A stretch of 64,000 nucleotides of DNA, taken from an uncultured Bacteroidales bacterium (GTDB taxonomy: Bacteria; Bacteroidota; Bacteroidia; Bacteroidales; JAGOPY01). The notes below the pieces were generated by a model. It was given only the letters and a program-made list of their open reading frames with translations, was not told the DNA's origin and did not search any database. A program made the position numbers and the translations under genes. Position 1 is the first letter of the stretch, and each line of letters begins with the position of its first letter. Below are positions 22,026-31,860 of this stretch, in pieces. Location: NCBI GenBank assembly GCA_963823285.1, contig CAWGKX010000008.1:19166-83165 (forward strand), written 5' to 3'.

Positions 22026-25000
22026 TTGATAATGAAAAAAATCCTTACCATATTTCTTTTCCTTCTTTCTGCTTCATTTTGCATCGCCCAGGAGCTTCCT
22101 GAAGCGTACCGGGCCTATATCCAAAAATATCCTGAAGGGCCTGCGCTGAACCACTGGGATTCCCTCTACCAGATGAATATCCGTGAAAAAATCATGCCTG
22201 CAGATCTGCGTTCTGATCCGCTTCCCCCGGTTGTCGATAATTCAACACTGGCATTCCTGAGGCCTGTCTTTATGCAGGAGGGCGCCAGTTGCGGGCAGGC
22301 AGCCATGATCTGTTATAATTTCACCTATGAGATGGCCTACCTGCGCCATCAGCCCGCCCAGTATCCCCAGACCCAGTATCCATCCCACTTTGCCTGGAAT
22401 TTCCAGAACGGCGGCGACGGATGGTACGGGGTCAGCTATTTCCACAGCATAGAGATATTAAGGACATGTGGCACCATGAATTGTTATGATTACGGTGGAT
22501 TTTACGATGACGGCATCCGCTGGATCAACGGGTACGACCTGTATTATAACGGCATGTATAACAGGGTGAAAGGGGTGAACAGCATCAAAACAAACTCTGT
22601 GGAAGGAATCCTGGCTTTGAAACACTGGCTTTATGACCATATGGGAGAAGGAAATTACGGGGGCGTGGCCAGCTTTTACGCTAATTCGCCATGGAATACG
22701 CATTTGCTGAATGATACAACCCCCGAGGGAGGGAAAAATGTAATCACCAACTGGTATCCTTTGGCGTCCCATGCCATGACCATTGTCGGTTACAACGATT
22801 CCATCAGGTGGGATTACAATGGCGACGGGAAATATACCAATAATATTGACCTGAATGGTGACGGGATCATTGATCCGAGGGACTGGGAAATCGGAGGGGT
22901 GAAGTTTGTCAACAGCCACGGCCTGGTGCAGGACAGCGGCTTTTGCTATATGATGTACAAATGCCTGGCCGAAACTTTTGAAAATGGCGGGATATGGAAC
23001 CAGGAGGTGCATATACTTGATATTGATGAGACTTATCAGCCATTGATCACGTACAAGGTAACACTGAAGCATGATTACCGGGGAAAGCTGAAAGTGATGG
23101 CCGGCGTATCGCAGGATACATCTGATATAGCGCCTGCCTGGCTGATGGATTTCCCGATCTTTGATTACCAGGGCGGTTATCATTATCTGCAGGGCCAGGA
23201 TACTGCCGATTACCTGAAATCGCTGGAGTTTGGCCTTGATATTACGCCTCTTTTAAGCAACCTCCATCCCGGCGAACCGGCAAAATTTTTCTTCCTGGTC
23301 GATGAAAATGACCCGTATGATTATGGCCAGGGGGAAATCGCGGCCTTTTCAGTGATGGATTATACGGATGGAGAACACGAGTACGCGTCATCGGAAACGC
23401 CGGTCGCCATTGCAAACAATACCAGGACGACCGCATCAGTAGTCTATAATCCTATATTTGACATTGTCGAAATCACGACAGACTCGCTTCCGCCTTTCAC
23501 ACCGGGTGAATCTTACAGTTTCCAGCTTTCAGCCGACGGCGGAACGAATCCTTATTCATGGGACTCCCAATGCCATTACCTGGTGGAACAATCTTCGGAC
23601 AGTTTCCCGGTGATCAATGAAAACCAGTTGCTATATTCACCCTATCAGGACACGATCGTGCCGGTTCCGCTCGGATTCAGCTTTCCTTTTTACGGCAGAT
23701 CGTACGATACGGTCTATATGCATATCGACGGTTACCTGCAATTCGACAATGACCAGTTACCCTGGCCCTATATGCTGGAGCCGGAGCTTCTTTTCCGCAC
23801 TAACCGTATGATCGCGCCCTGCGCATATAATTCCGTCACTATTGTCCCTGCCGAAGGAGACGGGGGATGGGCTGAAATCACGGATACGTCCGCAACATTC
23901 CGCTGGAAACTTTCCTGCATCCTGAACCCGGGCATGACTGACCTGAATTTTGCCGCCAGGATTTGTGAAAACGGAAATATCGAGTTCATTTCAGGTCCGT
24001 CGACCCTGGAGGGGATTCCCTGGCTGGGCGGCATCTCGGCGGGCAACAATAAGGATTTTGTAAAATCACCGGGATCAGGATCGGTCAATGTGCCTCCCGG
24101 CCGGAAAATCTCATTCGATTATCTTCCCTTTCCGCCTCAGCTGAATCTGTCGGAAACAGGCCTTCTCACCGGAAACATTGAAAATGAAGATCTCATTTAT
24201 GACATTTCGTGCCGTGTCACGGACCGCTCCGGCCTTTCAGCATCGAAAACCCTGCAGCTTACTTCGGGTCCGTATATTTATTTTACGGTTCATGATAATG
24301 ACGATGACCAGCCCGGGTTCGGGGATACGGTCAGATTGGACGCAAAGATCGTGAACGGCAGCCCTGACACTTTGTATGGCTCCTCCCTGGAATTAATGAC
24401 GAACGATCCTTTCATTGATTTGCAGGATTCGCTCTGTTCGCCGGGGAACATTCTTCCGGGCCAGGTCGTTACCGTTCCGGAAGCTTTCAGGTTTATTGTT
24501 TCCATCGATGTGCCTGACCAGCGTGATCTGCTGCTTCATCCGGCCCTTGTTTCAGCCGGGAAGATATGGAACAAGGATTTGATTTTCAAGGCAGTTGCGC
24601 CCGAATTAATTGTAAGCCAGGTCATCACAGACGGCGAAAACAATAAACTCGATCCAGGTGAAACTGCGCCGATGGAGATCACTGTTCAAAACTCAGGCCA
24701 CGCTGCGATCGAAGGTGTCAGCGCCGGATTAGTCGCACTTGACCCGGAGGTCCAGATACTTGATAACCCGGTCCAGAATTTCGGGACAATAGGTAAAAGT
24801 GCTTCTGTAACGAGGTCTTACATGTTACTGGCTGAAGATTCCACCCCGCAGGGTTTTATAGCCCATCTCCTGTTATCCACCGAAACATTACCCGGACTGC
24901 AAAGGCAGGATACAATCGAACTGATGATCGGCAGGGCGCCGGTCCTGGTTATCGACATGGATCCGAATTATCATTCGGGGCCTGTCATCTTCCAGGTACT

Positions 25001-25874
25001 TCAGCAACTGAATATCATTTCGGATTACGATTATACTATATCGCCCAAAATTTCCGATTACCAGGCCCTTTTTATCTGCCTGGGATACCAGAATTCCAGT
25101 CATCCTCTTACACTTGTCGAAGGCACGAAGCTTGCAGAATACCTCGATAACGGCGGAAGGATCTACATGGAAGGCAGAAAAACCTGGATAGATGATCCGC
25201 CTACGCCGGTCCATGCGAAATTCTACCTGCATTCTGTCGGGGGGAGCTCGAATTTTTATGATACTCTGACAGGGATAGAAGGCACTTTTACGCAGGGCCT
25301 TAGCTTTCATAATGAGGGTTATGTTCCGTGGAGTTTCTATTATCTTGAGCCATACGAACCCGCCTTTTCAATCATTCAGAGCACGGAAAATCAGCAGGTC
25401 TGCGCGGTAGCCTGCGATGCCGGCGCCTATAAAACAATCGGCGGCATGTTTGAATTCGGCAAGATGTCGGATATTACCCCAAATGCAAAGAGGGACCTTA
25501 TGGTAAAATACCTTGAATTCTTTGATATACCGGTAAACCCGGTCGGTGTGCATGAGAAGAACCAGGAAAGCTTTGGCATTACTGTATTTCCAAATCCGGC
25601 CATTTCGCAATTGGCCATAGCCCCCTCCCTCACTCCCTCTCCGTCAGTTGGCGGAAGGGACGGGATGGGGGCTGCGTTCGGCCGGCGGTTTTCTATCTTA
25701 ATAATTACTGATCTCTATGGCCGGGAACTGAAACGATTCCGGGACATGGCCTCCTTTCCTTACCTGGTCGATATTTCCGACCTCGGATGTGGATTGTTTA
25801 TTCTGCAGGTGATTACTGATGATGGTGAAACTGCTTCCATTAAGTTCCTGAAAGTTTCAGAATGCTCAAGGTAG
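22026..25874 (+). CDS. Papain-like (C1-type) cysteine peptidase, multi-domain, T9SS CTD
   Basis: QEGASCGQ (Cys), SHAMTIVGY (His), VNSHG (Asn); C-terminal modules similar to 3163-7713; VFPNPA CTD. Confidence 0.8.
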   Translation: MIMKKILTIFLFLLSASFCIAQELPEAYRAYIQKYPEGPALNHWDSLYQMNIREKIMPADLRSDPLPPVVDNSTLAFLRPVFMQEGASCGQAAMICYNFTYEMAYLRHQPAQYPQTQYPSHFAWNFQNGGDGWYGVSYFHSIEILRTCGTMNCYDYGGFYDDGIRWINGYDLYYNGMYNRVKGVNSIKTNSVEGILALKHWLYDHMGEGNYGGVASFYANSPWNTHLLNDTTPEGGKNVITNWYPLASHAMTIVGYNDSIRWDYNGDGKYTNNIDLNGDGIIDPRDWEIGGVKFVNSHGLVQDSGFCYMMYKCLAETFENGGIWNQEVHILDIDETYQPLITYKVTLKHDYRGKLKVMAGVSQDTSDIAPAWLMDFPIFDYQGGYHYLQGQDTADYLKSLEFGLDITPLLSNLHPGEPAKFFFLVDENDPYDYGQGEIAAFSVMDYTDGEHEYASSETPVAIANNTRTTASVVYNPIFDIVEITTDSLPPFTPGESYSFQLSADGGTNPYSWDSQCHYLVEQSSDSFPVINENQLLYSPYQDTIVPVPLGFSFPFYGRSYDTVYMHIDGYLQFDNDQLPWPYMLEPELLFRTNRMIAPCAYNSVTIVPAEGDGGWAEITDTSATFRWKLSCILNPGMTDLNFAARICENGNIEFISGPSTLEGIPWLGGISAGNNKDFVKSPGSGSVNVPPGRKISFDYLPFPPQLNLSETGLLTGNIENEDLIYDISCRVTDRSGLSASKTLQLTSGPYIYFTVHDNDDDQPGFGDTVRLDAKIVNGSPDTLYGSSLELMTNDPFIDLQDSLCSPGNILPGQVVTVPEAFRFIVSIDVPDQRDLLLHPALVSAGKIWNKDLIFKAVAPELIVSQVITDGENNKLDPGETAPMEITVQNSGHAAIEGVSAGLVALDPEVQILDNPVQNFGTIGKSASVTRSYMLLAEDSTPQGFIAHLLLSTETLPGLQRQDTIELMIGRAPVLVIDMDPNYHSGPVIFQVLQQLNIISDYDYTISPKISDYQALFICLGYQNSSHPLTLVEGTKLAEYLDNGGRIYMEGRKTWIDDPPTPVHAKFYLHSVGGSSNFYDTLTGIEGTFTQGLSFHNEGYVPWSFYYLEPYEPAFSIIQSTENQQVCAVACDAGAYKTIGGMFEFGKMSDITPNAKRDLMVKYLEFFDIPVNPVGVHEKNQESFGITVFPNPAISQLAIAPSLTPSPSVGGRDGMGAAFGRRFSILIITDLYGRELKRFRDMASFPYLVDISDLGCGLFILQVITDDGETASIKFLKVSECSR
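25619..25673. repeat. REP-like palindrome read in frame inside the T9SS CTD
   Basis: AGCCCCCTCCC...TCCGTCAGTTGGCGGA...GGGATGGGGGCT; translated as APSLTPSPSVGGRDGMGA. Confidence 0.7.
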
Positions 25875-25922
25875 TGAAATATAATTAATTGTACTTTTAA
25901 TCAATAAACCAGGCATTGAATA

Positions 25923-26195
25923 GTGGCTCACCGGAAGAAACTGGCAGCTAAAATGAGTATCCTGATCCTGTCAGGAGTTGCTGTGATATTTCTTCTGATC
26001 ATGCGGTACAATTATGTTATATCCAAAAATCTGATCCTTAAACAAACTGAAAAGTTTGCATACAGCCTTTGTCAGAGTGTGCTTCATCAGATAGAAAACC
26101 AATTGCTTCCGGCACAGAAAATTCCTGATCGAAGGATTATTAAAGTTAAGTGTAATACCGGCAATGCTCAAGCGTCAAATAACCATACAAAATGA
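25923..26195 (+). pseudogene. N-terminal remnant of a membrane sensor (TM plus start of a Cache-like region), possibly a SpoIIE-type phosphatase
   Basis: One TM helix, then an amphipathic helix that ends abruptly; lies directly upstream of anti-sigma and STAS genes. Confidence 0.4.
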
Positions 26196-26585
26196 CTCCG
26201 GAAAGCTCGAAAAGCTTGCAAAATTTATTGTGGGGGTGGCAAACGACTGGCGACTCAGCGATGAAATGATGTTTAAACTTAATTTAGTCATTGAGGAAGC
26301 AGTTTCCAATATCATTTTATACGGCTATAAAAAACATCAGAAGGAGGAGATCATCCATCTGGAGATGTCATTGGGGAAACAAGCTGTGAGGATTAAAATC
26401 ACGGACCGTGCCGGGGAGTTTAATCCTCTCCGGGTCCCCCGGTGCCTGACGATATCGACAAACCTGTCAGGGAACGTAAAATAGGCGGCCTGGGCATTTT
26501 TTTTATCCGGAGTTTTATGGATAATGTCATTTATGAACGCTCGGGTAAACAGAATATCTTAATTATGAAGAAAAGGCTAATTTAA
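26164..26585 (+). CDS. RsbW/SpoIIAB-like anti-sigma factor kinase (frameshift ~26440)
   Basis: LVIEEAVSNIILYGY and ITDRAGEFNPL; GGLGIFFIRSFMDNV continues in a shifted frame after a CCCCC run. Confidence 0.85.
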
Positions 26586-26597
26586 TAATCTTAAACG

Positions 26598-26930
26598 ATG
26601 GAAATAGTAATCGAGAATTCAGGTAAGGTTTTGATCTTCGGACTGCATGGCCGGCTCGACACTTCTAATTACCTGGAATTTGAAAAGAAGCTGCTGGATG
26701 CTATAGTTGCCGATACGATCATACTGGTGGATTGTTCTGATTTAAATTATATCAGCTCCTCTGGGCTCAGAACGCTTTTGCTGGCTTTGAAAAAAGCTGA
26801 AGTGCACGGGATTACATTGGCCTTATGCAGCCTGCAGCCTAATATCATGGATGTTTTCAGGATATCGGCATTCATAACAATATTCACGGTATTTCCATCG
26901 CGGGAGAAAGCTCTGGCAAAATTATCCTGA
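26598..26930 (+). CDS. STAS-domain anti-anti-sigma factor
   Basis: GRLD, then DCSDLNYISSSGLR with the phospho-acceptor Ser. Confidence 0.9.
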   Translation: MEIVIENSGKVLIFGLHGRLDTSNYLEFEKKLLDAIVADTIILVDCSDLNYISSSGLRTLLLALKKAEVHGITLALCSLQPNIMDVFRISAFITIFTVFPSREKALAKLS

Positions 26931-26932
26931 AT

Positions 26933-27580
26933 ATGGTTCATTTAATCCGGTTTGACGATCCGAATTCCGCGGAGATGGAGAAAGCCCTCCGATCGCTCCC
27001 GAAATGCCCGGGCACCTGTATTTTTATCGACATTGTCAGCTCTACCAGGGTCAAGTACGAATCGGATATCACTCAATGGGGCCGGAGACTGAATAATACG
27101 TTTAATTTCATCTCTTTCCTGAATGATTTTCCGGATAATATTATCAAAGGCATCGGCGACGAACTCATGTTATATATTCCGGATGAGGTCCTTTCAATAA
27201 AAACTACGATAAGTGATCATTATTCGCTTCTCGAGGAGATTTACTCTACGATCCATAATCTCCAGCGGTTTCCGGTAAAAGACCTTTTTTACCACTGCCA
27301 GGTATCGATCCACTATTGCACAGAGGCTTATAACGTTACTTTTCTTGAAGGTTTTAATGACTATTATGGAAGAGATATTGATCTGACTGCCAGGTTGATG
27401 CAGAAAGCTCATTCGGACAGGCTGGTTTTTAGCGAGGCCTTTTATAAAAAAGTTATCGGCATATTAAAACAACAGGGCATTGCAAAAAAGGACACATGTC
27501 TGAACCATGTTTCAGTGAAAATGGTGGAAGAGTTTAAAGGCATACCAAAACCAGTGCCTTACAGGTACATAGATGTTTAA
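26933..27580 (+). CDS. Stand-alone class III nucleotidyl cyclase-like protein
   Basis: FIDIVSST, KGIGDELM, DYYGRDIDLTARL and FKG motifs. Confidence 0.75.
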   Translation: MVHLIRFDDPNSAEMEKALRSLPKCPGTCIFIDIVSSTRVKYESDITQWGRRLNNTFNFISFLNDFPDNIIKGIGDELMLYIPDEVLSIKTTISDHYSLLEEIYSTIHNLQRFPVKDLFYHCQVSIHYCTEAYNVTFLEGFNDYYGRDIDLTARLMQKAHSDRLVFSEAFYKKVIGILKQQGIAKKDTCLNHVSVKMVEEFKGIPKPVPYRYIDV

Positions 27581-27712
27581 TTTTTTATTGTTCATTTATT
27601 AATCAAACATAGACCAATTATATGAATGAATTTCAAATGACAGCGAATGAAATGCTGAACGTTACCTGAGCCTCCAAAATTTCTTACTTTTGCATCCTCA
27701 ATTCCCGTCATT

Positions 27713-29710
27713 ATGAAAAAAGCATTCCTCTACCTTGTATTAATACTTTTTATCCCTGTCCTTATCTCCCAGAAACCGCCCCGTAATGGCGATAAGCCTT
27801 ATGTCGAAGGCCAGATTATGATCAAACTGCGTTCCGATCTCCCGCAGAGCCAGCAGCAAATGCTACAGGATGTCATAGCAGATTTTCAATCCGTCGATCT
27901 TGCCCCGGTCGAAAAACTTTCTGACCGCTTGAATATCTTCCTTCTTAATTTCAACCCGGACCTTATCGAGGACCAGCGGCTCCTGGAAAATATCAAAGCT
28001 AATCCATATGTGGAGATGGCCCAGTTCAACCACTTCGTTCAGATGCGCGAGACCATTCCGAACGACACGTATTTTCCACTGCAGTGGAATATGCATAATA
28101 CCGGCCAGACCGGCGGCATAGTCGGAGCCGACATCCATGGCCCCGAAGGCTGGGACCTTGGCACTTCAGGTGTCACCGCAACCGGCGATACGATTATCAT
28201 TGGAATTGATGATGATGGTTTTGACCTGGATCATGAAGATTTGAGCTTCTGGAAGAATTATCATGAAATCCCTAACAACGGGATCGATGACGATTCAAAT
28301 GGTTATGTGGATGATTACGATGGATGGAATGCATGGAGCAACAACGGGAACATCATTGAGAAAGATCACGGCACACATGTTACCGGGATTGCGGCAGCCC
28401 ATGGGAACAATGGCAAGGGCGTCACAGGGGTCAACTGGAAAGTGAAGGTCATGCCGGTAGTGGGTTCGGCTACTGTCGAATCAATTGTTGTCGCAGGTTA
28501 TGCCTATATCCTGGAAATGAGGTCTCAGTATAATGAAACCAATGGAGAAAAAGGCGCATTCGTCGTATCGACCAATGCATCATTCGGGGTAAATAATGGC
28601 GATCCGCAGGATTTTCCCATCTGGGGCGCAATGTACGATTCACTGGGGATGCGGGGCATTCTCAGCGCAGCGGCGACAGCCAACGCAAACTGGAATGTCG
28701 ATGAAGTCGGTGATATCCCGACTGCTTTCACCAGTGATTACCTGATCTCAGTGACCAACACCGATCAAAATGATGCCAAGAATGCCTTTGCAGCTTATGG
28801 ACCTGTTTCCATAGACCTTGGCGCACCTGGTACCAATATTTATTCCACCCGCCAGACAAATGCGTATGGGTATAAGACCGGTACTTCCATGGCTTCACCC
28901 CATGTCGCCGGCGCCGTTGCCTATATGTTTTCTGTTGCCAACGCCGATTTTATGACGGCGTATCATAATGATCCCGCCGGAATGGCCCTGGTGGTCAAGC
29001 AATATCTTCTGAATGGCACGGATACCGTTGCTTCCCTCGAAGGGATGACAGTCACCGGCGGCAGGCTGAATATCTACAAAGCTGCCACACTTATGCTGGA
29101 TCCGAAATTAATTTTCAATCCGCTTAGCGTCCTGGAGGTGCTTCCTCCCGATAAACTCGATACCATACCCCTCCAATTCACCAATAATACTTCTGAAGAT
29201 ATTCATTACACGGTCGATTATTACGATACGCTTTCCTGGATAAATGTCGTGGGAATTATGGATGGCCTGCTGAATGCCGGCCAGACCGCTACACTGCAGG
29301 TTTACTTCAGTACCATCGGAATGCCTGAAGATACCCTTGCCACATTTATTACATTTAAATACGGCAATAGTGAGCAATTCCTGGTACCGGTGCACCTGTT
29401 TATCGAAGAGCCGGTTTCAGTAGGGCCTGAGATCGGAAGCGGGGAAGCGGCGAAGCAGGGAAGCATGGAGATCTGGCCGAACCCGGCAAGGGAAGGGCTG
29501 AGGTTTAAGGTTTCAGGTTTAAGTATAGGAAAAGAATATTCGGTTGGAATATATGATGCTGCCGGAAAGCTGGTGCAGGAAGTGAAAGCGGATGCCTCAC
29601 AGCCGGAGATATTTGTTAATACGGAGAGTTTTCAGCAGGGGACATATTTCGCGAGACTGAGAGAAGGCAATAAAATACTGCAAAGCAAGAAGATCCTCAT
29701 AGTAAATTAA
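27713..29710 (+). CDS. S8 subtilisin-like serine peptidase with T9SS CTD
   Basis: DDGFD, HGTHVTG and GTSMASPHVAG catalytic triad; IWPNPA CTD. Confidence 0.92.
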   Translation: MKKAFLYLVLILFIPVLISQKPPRNGDKPYVEGQIMIKLRSDLPQSQQQMLQDVIADFQSVDLAPVEKLSDRLNIFLLNFNPDLIEDQRLLENIKANPYVEMAQFNHFVQMRETIPNDTYFPLQWNMHNTGQTGGIVGADIHGPEGWDLGTSGVTATGDTIIIGIDDDGFDLDHEDLSFWKNYHEIPNNGIDDDSNGYVDDYDGWNAWSNNGNIIEKDHGTHVTGIAAAHGNNGKGVTGVNWKVKVMPVVGSATVESIVVAGYAYILEMRSQYNETNGEKGAFVVSTNASFGVNNGDPQDFPIWGAMYDSLGMRGILSAAATANANWNVDEVGDIPTAFTSDYLISVTNTDQNDAKNAFAAYGPVSIDLGAPGTNIYSTRQTNAYGYKTGTSMASPHVAGAVAYMFSVANADFMTAYHNDPAGMALVVKQYLLNGTDTVASLEGMTVTGGRLNIYKAATLMLDPKLIFNPLSVLEVLPPDKLDTIPLQFTNNTSEDIHYTVDYYDTLSWINVVGIMDGLLNAGQTATLQVYFSTIGMPEDTLATFITFKYGNSEQFLVPVHLFIEEPVSVGPEIGSGEAAKQGSMEIWPNPAREGLRFKVSGLSIGKEYSVGIYDAAGKLVQEVKADASQPEIFVNTESFQQGTYFARLREGNKILQSKKILIVN

Positions 29711-29748
29711 ACTTCCCGAACTTAAACCTTAACACTCAACACTTAACA

Positions 29749-30990
29749 CTACTTTGCCAGCCATTCCTCCGGATCCAGCAGCGTTTTCGACTGCCAGACC
29801 TCGAAATGCAGTTCCGTCTTTGAATCAGACTTGTCGGTGAAGATCTTTCCGATCTTTTGCTTGATGGTCACTTTGTCGCCCACTTTCACATAAACCTGGT
29901 CGAGGTTGGAGTAAACCGACAGGAACTCGCCATGGCGGATGATCACTACGTTATTATTGTTAGGCACATTGATCACCCGGGTGACCACACCGCTGAAGAT
30001 GGCCCTGGCTTCGGCGCCTTCTTCCGTCAGCAGGTCGATGCCGTTGTTCTTTGTTTTAACGTTCTTCAGGACCGGATGAGGGTGCTCGCCGAACGTGCTG
30101 GAAATAATTCCCTGCTCGACCGGCCAGGGAAGCTTGCCCCGGTTACTTTGAAAGTTGTCGGATAATATCTTTTCCTCCGGCGTCAGCGCAAATAAGCCTG
30201 ATTTCAGGGAAACGGCACCGGTTTTGTTTGCACGCTCATTGGCCAGCCTGATCTCTTCTGCTATAATATCCTGGATTGCCTGCTGCAGCTTGCGCGCTGC
30301 GGCCTCTTTCTCCTTCAGGGTCTTTTGCAGTTCCTTCTCTTTTTTGGAAAGCGACTGAACCGATTTATTCTTCTGTTCCCTCTCTGTCGTAAGCTGCTGC
30401 CGCTGACGCTCCTCTCCCGCCAGCAGGTCATTTTTCTGATCCATTATTTTATCCAGGTCTTCCATCTTGATCTCCAGAGTTTTCTGTTTTATCTGGATAA
30501 GCAATGCCTGTTTTCTCCTGTATTCATTATACTGCTCGAAATATTTCATTCGCTGGTATGCCTGGTTGAAATCCTCGGAAGAAAAAATGAATATCAGGCG
30601 GTCGTAAAGATTTTTATTCTTGTAGGCATAATAGATCATCTTTGCGTATTCATCCTTTAGTTCCCTGAGATCTTTTGCAAGCATATTAATGCTGTCCTGC
30701 GCCAGCAGCATCCGGCCCTCCAATATGCCGACCTCGCCGCTGATCGTATTGATAAGCTGTTCGCGTGTGCTGATCTTCTTATTAAGGATGACGACCTCGT
30801 TGAGCGAAGTCTTTTTGGTCTGGCGTGTTTGTTCAAGTAATTTGTTCGTGTATTCGATCTCAGCCTCTACCTTCTTTTTATCCTGCTCAAGCTTTGCCCG
30901 GTCCTTCTGGCCAAAAACTCCGGATCCTGCGAGCAGCATATAAAGTATGAGAACGATGATTTTTTTCATTTTGAATACTGATGATTCCAA
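29749..30990 (-). CDS. EnvC-like murein hydrolase activator (coiled coil plus degenerate M23 domain)
   Basis: Long coiled coil, GKLPWPV, NNGIDL, LHFEVW. Confidence 0.85.
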   Translation of the reverse strand: MESSVFKMKKIIVLILYMLLAGSGVFGQKDRAKLEQDKKKVEAEIEYTNKLLEQTRQTKKTSLNEVVILNKKISTREQLINTISGEVGILEGRMLLAQDSINMLAKDLRELKDEYAKMIYYAYKNKNLYDRLIFIFSSEDFNQAYQRMKYFEQYNEYRRKQALLIQIKQKTLEIKMEDLDKIMDQKNDLLAGEERQRQQLTTEREQKNKSVQSLSKKEKELQKTLKEKEAAARKLQQAIQDIIAEEIRLANERANKTGAVSLKSGLFALTPEEKILSDNFQSNRGKLPWPVEQGIISSTFGEHPHPVLKNVKTKNNGIDLLTEEGAEARAIFSGVVTRVINVPNNNNVVIIRHGEFLSVYSNLDQVYVKVGDKVTIKQKIGKIFTDKSDSKTELHFEVWQSKTLLDPEEWLAK

Positions 30991-31041
30991 AATTAGAAAT
31001 AAATCGCAACAAAGATTTCACGCAAAGAATGCAAATAATAA

Positions 31042-31860
31042 TTACTGGATCCTCTTGTAATTCTCCGGGATCGAGAAAGGAAAAGTCATCGGTTCATCCA
31101 GGGTAACCTTGCTGTATTTGATCTTCATTTTGATCAGGTCCCCTGCCGTGATCTCAAAACGGAGGGTGGAAGGATAGATCTGGTTGTTGATGGCCTGGAA
31201 ATCGCCGTAGGTCGCCGACAGTTTTCGGTTTTGTTCCTGGTACTCCTTGACGTCGATCTGCGTGATTTTGAATGAATCCGGGTCAAGCCAGATGTTCTGA
31301 AGAAGGACGATCGGGTCGGAACCGGCATCTTCTGCTGCTTTCCTGATCTTTCTCCGGTCAGTTGTGGAAAGTTTATAATCCTGGTTGTCGATGGAAGCCC
31401 GGAAAGAATTGGTCTCGTAAAACTGGAAATCGTTCCCCAGGATAAGCGACTGAAGAATATCGAAATCGATATGGATCTGCAAAAACCGGCTCACCAGGGC
31501 ATAATCACCGACGAAGTACTCTTTTTTAAACCGGTTGACGTATTTGACCGAATCGTTTGTGATCACCATCCGGAACAATTCGATACCCAAAGCTGGTGTG
31601 ATGGAAATCCATATCATGCTGTCTTTTCTTATCCTCACCTGGCCTTTGAAATCCGTGTTATTCCTTTTTTCGGTGTAACTGGCATCGAATTTCCCCGAGA
31701 GCCAGTCGAAATGAAGCTCCTTTTCTTTTAATTTGGTGTAAAGATAATCGGGCCCTTCTTCTTTCAGCGGTGCTTTTATGATTGGCCTGCTGGATCTGCA
31801 TGATGACAGCACCAATATGGCTGCCGCGATCAGAAATAATCCTTGAACTAGTTTATTCAT
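31042..31860 (-). CDS. DUF4292-like lipoprotein
   Basis: Start at MNKLV (31860), lipobox LSSC, C-terminal FPFSIP..Y; typical position between TPR and EnvC genes. Confidence 0.75.
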   Translation of the reverse strand: MNKLVQGLFLIAAAILVLSSCRSSRPIIKAPLKEEGPDYLYTKLKEKELHFDWLSGKFDASYTEKRNNTDFKGQVRIRKDSMIWISITPALGIELFRMVITNDSVKYVNRFKKEYFVGDYALVSRFLQIHIDFDILQSLILGNDFQFYETNSFRASIDNQDYKLSTTDRRKIRKAAEDAGSDPIVLLQNIWLDPDSFKITQIDVKEYQEQNRKLSATYGDFQAINNQIYPSTLRFEITAGDLIKMKIKYSKVTLDEPMTFPFSIPENYKRIQ

